From the NCBI RefSeq assembly GCF_964204645.1, contig NC_134035.1:5022001-5086000 (forward strand): DNA of 64,000 bases, given 5' to 3'. The translations under genes and the position numbers were made by a program. Positions 25,915 through 36,622 of this stretch are shown piece by piece. This stretch comes from Tubulanus polymorphus (Eukaryota > Animalia > Nemertea). A model generated the notes under the pieces. That model did not search any database. It had not been told where the DNA came from and worked only from the letters and a program-made list of their open reading frames with translations. Each line of letters opens with the position of its first letter. Position 1 is the first letter of the stretch.

Positions 25915-26395
25915 TGTCACACCTGCTCTCCGTGCAACGTTTTGGTCCGTAATTTCGTTAATAATCAGTTTTTTATCTACCTTTATTACGCATCAATTTG
26001 TTTAGTGACGCATTTGCATTCAGAAATAAACAACTATTTTTACTAAAGTTGTTTTTGTTTTCATTTATGAGCGATAGTTTACTCAACATCAAAATCCGCT
26101 CCACAGACGCTCGGAAACATTACAGTGACATCATCACCTGCTCATTAGCATATCAAAATACAGTAGGTGGCGCCATGTGACGGGCCATAAAAGCGTTTTT
26201 CAGCATTATGCAGGCGTATGCTACGTAAACTATCGCTGATAGATAAAAACACAAACAAATCTATGCCAGTTCATGATTTATTTCTGAATGCAAATTCCTT
26301 ACTGAACAAATTGATGCATAACCTGATAACATTTACAGATAAACCGATTATTAACGAAATTACGGACCAAAACGTCGCACGGAGAGGTGTGACGA
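25915..26395. mobile_element. Long-TIR (about 180 bp, imperfect) foldback element between PHRF1 and the adaptor gene
   Basis: CTCTCCGTGCAACGTTTTGGTCCGTAATTTCGTTAATAATC is inverted at 26345-26387, and similarity continues inward (GCATCAATTTGTT, TTTGCATTCAGAAATAAA, AGCGATAGTTTAC). Confidence 0.7.
26159..26176 (+). promoter_or_regulatory. CTCF-motif-like site
   Basis: ACAGTAGGTGGCGCC matches the CCASYAGRKGGCRS consensus except at the first base. Confidence 0.4.
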
Positions 26396-28011
26396 AACAG
26401 ACAGTAGCCAAAAAAGAACTTGTTGATTATGAACCTTCCCCCACCTCCGGACCAAACAAACAAATGAAATGCTGGGGGACCTAGCCTATATGAGCACCCA
26501 TTACAAAATTTTTTCCGTCCGTATCCCCATTCCTCCGAGGCGTATGAGGGCTTGTGCCTTAAGCGCTAGTTTTTTTAGGACTGCAATGATTTATTTTCAA
26601 CCCGCAATAACTCACTGTCTGCTAATTATTCGAGGAGGCAGATCGATTCGATATGATGGCCGATGCCGATGGGGTGCACTTTTTAGTTTTGTTTTCACTT
26701 TCTCCTCCACGATGCTACGACGCAAACCAGGCACAAATTAGCGAATTACACATTTAACATAATTACCTAACTTAGAGACGACAGCGCGCTGCGACTGGAC
26801 GTCGATTTGAACCAGAATCGACGAGTTTTAACACGAAAAAAGTCAGAAAATACACAGCTGAACTGAGAACAAGGTACCCGGATGCGGTATTACTAAGTAT
26901 CGCTAATTAAAATCAATTCAAATTTATTCATAAACATGAATTGCTGCATCGAAAAAATGATTTTCCCTCTATTTAAGTAAAGTAAATATATAAGGACTTT
27001 ATGAAGCGGCTGTTGTTCTCTTCTCTGGGCAAACAACGAAATCAACGTTTCGTGCACCAGGCGAGTTAAGTTTAAGGGGGTTTAAGTTGCGCGAATGGCA
27101 CTTCGAGTCATTTTAGGTCTTGTCTCGTAGCCCGTGATGATCTATGTGGCCTCTACGAGACTCTCCACCGCGCTCAGCGGATCTGAATTCAAAATAAAAA
27201 CCGAATGCAGACAGTTATGACACGACGATCAGTTTTTCCTATGCGCATTCATCGTTTGGAATATCACTCAGTGGTATCAAGGGTCCAAAATAACTATATA
27301 AAAGAATTTCTATGGCATGTATTTATAAGATTGTCAATATTATTTTCTATTTTTTTTTAAAGTACCACTTCGACACTTCACCATCTGAACAACATGTTGA
27401 ATCTCATGAAATGACAACCCTGTTTGACCTAAAATGTTTTATTTATTTATGATTGCTAGGACCTAAATACGCGATGTATTTTAGATGTGTCATAACGAAT
27501 CAATTGGATGCGAAATATAAGCAGATTAAGTCCTAACGACTTAACCGGTAAATATATCTGATACATTGCGTTAATTGTTGTAAATTACATAGAAAAGACG
27601 ATGATAAATATTTGATAGTCTGTTTAACCTACTCCGATATAGTTTCATTTTGTCTTGTTGTCAATTCAAGTGTGGTGACTAAATGGCCACAATCGTTAAT
27701 TCTACTTAGCATACATAGTTGGCTTTTGCCTGTATGTTGATGATAAGGGATTTAAAAGATTGAGCCAAATTCTTTCTTTGCCAGCCAACAAAAGGGCAAA
27801 ACGGCAAAAAAGAGTCGAGCGAGAGGGGTTAATTTCAACATTCTCAGAACCACAGCTGATGAGGGAAGACTTGAAGAAAGAAAGGAACCTTTCTTCATAG
27901 TAAAACTAATTAGGTTTATGGATATGTTCTCATAATGTCATTATTTAATGCAACGATAATTTGTTTAAGGATTTGTAGGGAATATGATGATAATCCAAAT
28001 TGTTGACTTGG

Positions 28012-28275
28012 TCACGATTGGTAGAACACTATATCCGTGTTGACGCGATGAGGAGAGAATCCCACAATGATAATAAAAAGTCCGAAAATGAAACTTCGAG
28101 ATAGTAGTTTATTTCAACGTTCCGACTATATCCTAATAGTCATCTTCAGGAATGAAGATGACTATCCTGACTTTCCTGAAGATGACTATTAGGATATAGT
28201 CGAAACGTTGAAATAAACTACTATCTCGAAGTTTCATTTTCGGACTTTTTATTATCATTGTGGGATTCTCTCCTC
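28012..28275. mobile_element. Penelope-like inverted pseudo-LTR remnant with minimal hammerhead ribozyme in each arm
   Basis: About 105-bp arms (28048-28152 / 28173-28277) with one mismatch; 13-bp direct repeat ATTGTTGACTTGG at 27999-28011 and 28276-28288; CTGAAGA..GAAAC core. Confidence 0.75.
28172..28213 (+). ncRNA. Minimal type I hammerhead ribozyme motif
   Basis: Stem I TTTC/GAAA; core CTGAAGA (28176-28182); one extra T; stem II GACTAT/ATAGTC; GAAA (28202-28205); palindromic AACGTT in place of stem III; GUU triplet ending at 28209. Confidence 0.6.
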
Positions 28276-28420
28276 ATTGTTGACTTGGCTTTGTGAACTT
28301 TTTCAGGTAAAGGGGCCTGGTGAGGGTTAAAGGTCTATATGATAAAGTTGCATCGTCGTTCTCAGCTGAGCAAACTTAATCACTTAAGTTCTCGAAAATC
28401 TCTTCTGCGCAGCGCTCAAA

Positions 28421-30882
28421 ATGGGGGATGCCAGTGAAGCTGTTTCTAGCACCGTTGACGGTGAGGTGATCGGCGAAACTGATGTTCCGGTTACCGTCGA
28501 TGAAAAATTGATTACGCAAGATGATATGACCGTTGAGCAGATGTTCGACGCGCTGAACCGAGTGCCTTTACGCTATCTGGCGAACAAGGATGAAATCAGC
28601 GTTTATATGAATTGTGAGAGCGTTAATGGTCACGCTTGGAAACTGATTCTGGAGGCTGCGTATGAACATCGCAGAATTCCTAAATATCATGTGATGATTA
28701 AGGTAAATCAAATGAAATCATCGTCATTATCTAAGATCCGAATGAAAAACTCGAGCCCAAAACTTCTTAAAATTTGCATCTATATTTATATCAGGGGCCC
28801 TGCAACTCCTTGATTCCTTAGAAAGTCCTAAATGGAAAAGTTTTTAAAAGGTGCGTGAAACGCCTATGATTTGAGCAAAATGTCCAAAACTCCATCAATT
28901 TTGAGGAAAAGGCAATTAGAACTGTTTGTAGATCGAACAGTTGGATTTTATTTATTTACCAAATTAGGCAGTTACCGAATTAAAAAAGTGAGTTTAGTAG
29001 TTAGTGTACGGTAAAGGATAATTGTTTCGTACAAAACCACTGAATTAAAGGTGTACCAAGATAAACAGTACCGATTTAGGAGGAGTCTACTGTAATTGCA
29101 GACACTTCCACGAAATGTTCTCCTTTAAAACTCCTTATATCCAGATATCCAGGAATGACTGATCTGTAGGGAGCCCGTTTGATAATAGGTAGACTTTCAG
29201 GTTATTTGTAGGTGGTGATCTAAGCAACAACTACGAAGTAAAACTTTTGGTGATCCATCTTTTTCTTTGTAGAAAATCGAGAACATTAACAACGGAATGA
29301 AATCGCACAGCGACCATTTAATCGATCATCTCGAAGAACAGAACTTCACGGTCGGTGAATTCTATCAGATCTGCAAGGCTACAATACCGACCCGGCGAAA
29401 CATAATCGATTTGATCGAAAATTCCGGTAAGCCCTGCTCCTAATTATGGGCCAATTCCGAATGATGCCGGGTTGTATTGTAAATATTCACCTGCTCTTCG
29501 ATCATCAGTTTCAGAAACGATGGAAAAATGGGAGACTCAACAAAAAATGTTACGCGATGAAAAAGAACGCTTAGACAGTGCGGGTAAATTCGTCTGCGCA
29601 ATTTGTCGATGCCCAATTTACAATTTGGAAAATACTCCCGTATTCAGTTGTAAATGTTTGAATCAGCTGACGGCCTTACGCATCGGTCCATCAGTTTGTT
29701 CACCGGGTGGCATGCCCGTCAGTCCGCCTATCGGTACATATCCGAGTTTCGGTAGCGTTCTACAACATAATCTGACCGTTTGTGAAAACAACAACGACGT
29801 GTACGTCAGAGACGGAAACAACGTTTCGTATCCGCAGCCGTCTGCCGATCAATTGAGGACGATATCCGGCGTCAGTTTGGTGGTGAACACGTCGGACCGA
29901 GAGAGTTTGTCGTCGGCGAGCGATTCGCCGCTTTCGAATCGGTCAAGTTTAGGCGATTCGTATTTGGGCGATTCGCGCGCCAGTTTCGATCAGGTGCTGT
30001 GCAGGGAGGCGTTCAACTGCTTGGCGACGGGTTATCAGGCGCATTGTCCGAACGGCAACGAAAGCACCGCGTTCAATCGACAGGGCAGTTACCCCGGCTC
30101 GAACGGCGGTAACAGACCCGTACAGAACTGTTTTCAGAAGCGTCGATCGGACGGCGGTATACAGGTCGGGCAGTGGGAGAGACAAGTGATGAATCGTACG
30201 GAAATTAACGGCAACAGTATTCGAGGTACGTCTAGTATTTTCCGTTAAGAGTTTCGACTCAAATCTAACTTGTTAATCGTTGTTAATGAGTCTTTCGATG
30301 AAATGCTCCGAGTCCATGTGTTGTGAAGTGAAGTTTTTACTATAGTTCAATAGTCAAAATCTATATCTTATGATTACCTGTAAAATACTATATTCACGTG
30401 ATACACGGTATGAGTAGAGATGAGTCGTTTGTCATAGACAGTATTTACTTAGTAATTAACAGTTTCGGAGTTAGATAATTGTTGTCATCAAAGTTTGGAT
30501 AGTTTACTGTTAATATGAAATCCCGCGCTAAAAATGAAATATGATTGAAATTGTAGTAAGGAAAATATACTAGCTGGAGGAAACTTTTCGAATTTTATTT
30601 TTGATTGTTGGTGCGTGTTCGAATTGTGATGGGGGTGGACCAGTCCATCCGGTCCATAAAGTAACAGTAATTGATAACTGGATGTCGATGGTTTTATTGT
30701 AGTGAGCGCGCTGCAAGTGACATTCGTACCAGTGATGAAACCGGTGGAACTCGTACGCAAGTGTATCGAACAGTACAACTTCCTTCGTCAACGAGGGGAT
30801 TTCGAACAGTGTCACTTTCATTGGCCGAATCCGCAGAAATCGAGCGACGAGTTACTTCGCAATATCAACTGCGTAAGTATCC

Positions 30883-30957
<75 letters not shown>

Positions 30958-33094
30958 ATAATTGATAATTTGATAATTTAGCGTAGTCTAGAAAATCTGT
31001 CTAAAGGAGTGTTGTTTTTAGGAGTGGGTGGTCTGAAGCACTGATGCGTCAGCGATGAAAGATGAACTTTGTTTTTACCATATATAATCAAGGTTTCGAA
31101 AGTGTTTTACTGTCTAACAACCAACAGCAAATGAAACCATCTTCGCTGTATTTAAGGGGATTTTTGAAAACGCCTCAAGGGGGAGCATCGGCATTGTTAG
31201 GGGCCATTGATAATTGAATAATAATAGATACAAACTACCAAAAATCCTCCTCTTTATGTATTTTTTGACGCCTTATAAAACGTTACCATTATGAAACCTA
31301 AACAATGCTAACCATTCAGCGTCATTTTACAAACGACAGCCGTAAATCGATGTGCAAAACGTCACAGGTCTATGTGTACACAAACAAGCTATCTGGCAAA
31401 ATATTATTGACATAGATATAGAATGGCTTCCTGTGATTATATAATGACCTATATTTGAACGTCGAAATGTTATATTGCATTGAATATCATTAGAAGATGT
31501 ATTGTAATAGTAAAGGATGTATGATTATATCAGAAGCGGCAGGCATAAATAGAAATGATAAGTAAATCAGATTATTCGGTTAAATGGCGGATGTATACAC
31601 GATTTGGAAGTCTGATATAAAAGTCAGACCCTGACGTGGGCATGCCGGTGGAATGACGAAGCTATCTACGATGTGTGTAGGGCCGGCGTGAATTTCATCA
31701 GCGGCTACAAGCGGTCTATATGGAAATGTGTAAACATATAATTTCAATATTCAAACGTTTTAGAAAATATGTTTGATATTAGGAGTATGCAGGTTTCGTG
31801 AGATTAGCAATTTATAATAGCATAGCTGTCATATACGGCTCCGCTTCTTCTGATGGCATGTATATTAGGTGACAATTTAATTCAATTCTTTATTGATCCT
31901 TATTACATTGAAATTCCGGGATAAAATTCCCAAATTCAATAAATACAAATTTTAAAATAAATTAATACAACATACATGACACACGGGTAATTCATACAGA
32001 ACAACATAAGCATGTTATTTTAAATGACAATGTCTACTTCAACCCACCCAGACTCAAGACTCTAGGATATCGAGTGACAGCCAAACCCGTGGCCCGGGAC
32101 CGGGCCGGCTGGCTAGGCCACACGATATGCTCGAAGTCATGATGAAGCAGACATCAGAAGAGCTCTTTCTTCAACCATGGAGGCAATGAAGTTGCAGACC
32201 AGCTTAGAGGCCTAAGTAAATGAAGTCGGTCGCAAGTTCGCGATCAATTATTGAGAATTTTCAATAAAAAAAATTTAAACCACTACTAGAGTCAAAGACC
32301 TGTATCATCTACCCAATCGCCAAATCTCATCATTCCCCAAATTTCTTAAAACTTCGATTTCAAATTTGCAATTCCACATTAGCTTAGCCCAGAAATTCTA
32401 CATTTTTTTCGCAGGCGTCAAATAATTTTCTAAAATTAATTTTCTTGTTGATACTGCTCCTTAGGGGAGGGGCTAACTTCTTATTTCACGCGTTGAAAGA
32501 CGATGGTTAATGTAATTGGTTAAAGAAAATAGATGATAATAAATACATACTGCCAAAAATTCTGAAAGACGATGGTTTAAGATCAGCAAGGTTTTGCACG
32601 ACCCCCTTATGAACGCTGCATTCTCTCCTACTATTTTGTGGAATTTGATTTGATAAAGAAAATCTTTACCACCGGTCTCGCAATATGTCGATGTCTCTGT
32701 TTTCTGAAATAATTTGAAATCGAATGAAGTCAGTTTGAACGGTATTTGATATGGTTTTATGTTACAGGCTAACGTCATAGTGTTCTGTATCCCGGAGAAT
32801 ATCGGCGCGTTTTCCATGTACTACAAACCGGGTCTCGTCGACGACAACGAATTGCTTCAAAAGAACCGAACTATACAATACATCGTGCAGTACATCTACC
32901 GGAACGCGCGCGATCTCGCGCGACGCGTCGTGCTGCTCACGTTGCCGGGCGCGTCGGTGCCCGCGTTGGCCGCCGAGCCGTTGCGGGCTTGCCGAGCGTT
33001 CAAAATGGACGGCGACATGAACAAGCTCGTCGGACACATGAAGAAAATGTTCGGACAAGTCGCGATCGAGAAACGAGAGATGGGGAAGAATTGA
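28421..33094 (+). CDS. Putative Death-domain + SEFIR/TIR-like immune adaptor (CIKS/Act1- or MyD88-like architecture), 5 coding exons
   Basis: Exons 28421-28702, 29273-29426, 29509-30225, 30703-30872, 32768-33094 join in frame with GT-AG sites. The N-terminal helical region (EISVYMN..HAWKLIL..SDHLIDHLEEQNFTVGEFYQIC..RNIIDLI) resembles MyD88/IRAK death domains. The C-terminal part (ANVIVFCI..TIQYIVQYIY..RVVLLTLPGA..AFKMDGDMNKLV) follows the SEFIR pattern. The gene structure is solid; the domain identities are judged by eye. Confidence 0.7.
30888..30954. repeat. (TA)n microsatellite
   Basis: About 33 TA units; shorter tracts at about 33478-33505, 36588-36615 and 40149-40174. Confidence 0.95.
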
Positions 33095-33472
33095 TGATCG
33101 CGTAAGTCGCATGTTACGGTACAATCCGGTCAGGTCATGTGTACTATTCAGTCATATCCGATCAACCCGCATGTATTCAAGTTATTGCTTATTAAAATCT
33201 GCAATGAGCAAGTTGCTCGAAATTTGGTTTGTTAGAGTTAACCAGTGGATAGTTGACATAAGGACGTCGCTATGGTATTTATCCGCCGGATATCTTTATC
33301 CAACCATCGAGCAACAACAGGCAAATTCAAAGTTTCAAAGTTTTTAGATAGGAAATTGAAGCATTCTTAGACTGCCGATGGCTTGGTAAATAATTCAAAA
33401 CTGCATTCGACATATCTGAATTGAAATTCAATTTGATCCGGAATAAGTGAAATCAAACCGCTGTATAAATGA

Positions 33473-33505
<33 letters not shown>

Positions 33506-35644
33506 CTGGTGATGCTGTTAAACTGTTTGATGGCTGTACGAAAGAACTCAATGTTGTCATGGAGATGCTTGCGTTTTTATGGAACAGCCTCAAAAATATT
33601 TATTTACGCAGCCACATATATCACCATTAACATGTGAGAGAACTGAATACAATTGATAAATTGTATGCTGGCGAATATCAAACAACTCTTTTAGGTCCTA
33701 CCAGCACTGAATTATGGTCTCGGCAGCGAACAAATTGGGTTTAATAATCAGATAATGTGATGGCTGATTAATATTTCACATGGGTGATATCAGATTCAAT
33801 TAATCAGCGTAAGGCAGTACGGGGAGTGTTGTTGATTTATTCGATGAATTGAAATCAAATTCGAAACCCGATTGATTTCGCGAATAGACGGCATCATAAT
33901 TCACGATGAAATATATGCAGTAGAGAGGCTGCGTACGGGCCTTTTTTCATGCGAATTTTACATTTTTTCGTGTTTTTCGTTTTCAAGCGTTCATTTCATA
34001 TTTGACAAAAACCACTTCGTTTATTGATGACATCACTGAATATATCAGCGCTCTCGGAGTAGAAGAAGAATAAAAGATCCAGTGCCACTGTATTCATGCC
34101 CTATCTGCACAGGATACTGATTATATATAGCCTATATGCACAAATAGACATCTTTTACGATTGTATACGCTGTTAGTAAAGTGCTCTATATATGCTTTAT
34201 GTATTTTTATCCCTGTCACGTCGTGTCGGAACCGGAAAGAAATCATTACATTATCGAATATACATGTAGCAATAATATATTTCATGGGCAAAAGTCTCAG
34301 TAGGTAAATAATTCGACTGGTAATACTCTTCTCGTCAATCAGGGGTTCGAATCCTGGCAGAATTTTGCTAACTCAATGTTTGAATTTTTATTTACGGCGT
34401 CGCGGTATTTTTGCTTTGATAATCTTGAACGACGAAATGTGTGTCGTTCATTTATGTACTCTGTGCGTGTCGAGCGAATTTTATTGAGATATCCTACGAT
34501 CGGGTTCGACACACTATCAATAGTGTGGGTGGAAATCCTCGCGTGTAATAAAAATTTACACCCACACGTATTGATACTATGTACGGCGATGTGCTACTTG
34601 TTGATAAGATACGCTTACTACCACTCCGAGATCTACGTGTGAAAGTTTGTGCTATGATTATTTTAAAAATGTGTCCCGTGACTAAGAGTGACGTCAGCAC
34701 TATTTTTGATTTATATATGCGCGATTCCGAATGATTTGTTTGGAACGGGTTTCTCCAGGGTTCGGGTTTCGTATGTAGTTTGAAATCGATTTGAGTTCGA
34801 AATTGATTGGAAATTGTTCGTTGATTCGGTCAAATTTTATTCTAAATGCGCCGTGTCGATAATCGGCCTTAACTGAATGTATCTTATGTAAAGGATGACT
34901 GGTAGACTGTTTCAGAGGTCATGAGCGAAACCTGCAGTTGATGATAGAACAGTTTATTCTGACAGTTTCAGAGTTTTTTCTAAATTTCTCTTCCATCAGA
35001 GAAACCAAAATAACATAATAATCATTATATGCATTTCATTATTACCGGTATGTTAATTTCGTTTCTCTGATGATGAACTTGAGTCAAAACTGTCGGATTA
35101 AATTCTCATATCATCAACTGTCATTTGCTCGTTAAACATTAAGGATATCGTTAATTTCAAAACGCATGTCGCTTTTCGTGTATCGATATCAATATATATA
35201 ACCATTTACGCCACCCTAGAACTCCGAAACCCCAGTAATACTTATGAAACATGTTGGTATATTCTTGGAGTAATCAGACTGCAGTCTGATTACTCCAAGG
35301 TATATTTAAGTTGGACTCGATTTCGGATGCTTTACTCCATACTGCTGTCAACAAGGTTCATAATGTTTTAGGTGCACAAATTGTTTTTTGGAAGAATTTT
35401 TAAAACGAAAGCTTTTTATACGTATCTGAATGTTTCGATTTATGTACTGTGTAGTCATTCATTCATATGTACTTTACGTGTCTACACTTGTTGCGACCTT
35501 TACATTGAGAATTCCTTGCGTGGTGCACACGTCTGTATCAAATCAAGCCAGTACCGATGTACATGTACTGAAGACCTTGTCTACCTTGGACAAACTGGAA
35601 CCTCGTTGCAACGTACTTCCAGGGGACCAGAAAATGTGTTCCTT

Positions 35645-35865
35645 AGGCTAAAAAAAAAGATGCCTTGTTTCTCCGCAGCGGCTGGGTCATTTTTGTAAAA
35701 TATAATAAAATCTGTAGTCAGTTCATTTCTATAGCTGCCAGGTCTGTTATGGTAAAATTGATCAAGATTTAAAAAAAATTAATGTACAGGGTAGATAGGT
35801 GGCTGGCCAGGGCTACCTTTAAGCTCAGCAGAGCGGAGAAACAAGGTATCAATTTTTTTTTGCCT
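35645..35865. mobile_element. MITE (AGGCTAAAAAAA..TTTCTCC TIR) nested in a pogo/Tigger-like MITE (about 35593-35997)
   Basis: TIR pair; sister copies at about 42800-43203 and partial about 43829-43950. Confidence 0.65.
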
Positions 35866-36583
35866 TATAACCGAGAGTTCGTTATATCCAGTATGAAAAT
35901 TATTAAATTCTGTTACTCTAATTAGGGTAACAAATTTATAGTTGTGTTATATCTGATGAATTGCTATATCCGAGTTCGTTTTAACGACGTTCCACTGTAT
36001 TTAAGGCTTTGATGATACGTCACGAAGTACAAAAGTAATTTTTTCGTTTTTGTCTGTCTTAGATAGTCACAATTGCATGTCCGAGTAAGGCAAGGTTTTA
36101 AGTACTGTTGAACTTCGAATGAATTTTATTGACCTTTACACTATTTATATTTACTAAAAACAGATTTTCTGGTGGCCTGAATTTTATTGTAAGAAACCGT
36201 CGCTTACGTACAGTTTTGATGGATATTCATGCTAGATGTAATGAACTATCTATTATAAGGGACTGATTTTATGAATTGCTGTCCCTTGCTAATATTACAA
36301 GCACTAGAAGTGAGATGATTATTTCTATATGTATTAGAAAAAGCTTGTAGGAGATTATGCAAATTTATGTGGAAGACCTCATTAGAAAATGTGACTAACT
36401 TTCTAAATAGTTTTATATTCAAGATTCCAGGTTTTAGATTTCGGTATAATTTCGTTATTCGTGAATGATGTCTGTTTTATCTCTTTGATAAAGAAATTCT
36501 TAATGATTGTTACCGATGATTGATTATTTAATCTAAAAATTTTAATGATTTAAAATCAAATGTAGGAAATAATCTATATACAT

Positions 36584-36622
<39 letters not shown>

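Noticed and set aside
30873-30965. ORFs ending in YIYIYI
   Set aside because: Read-through into an intronic (TA)n microsatellite.
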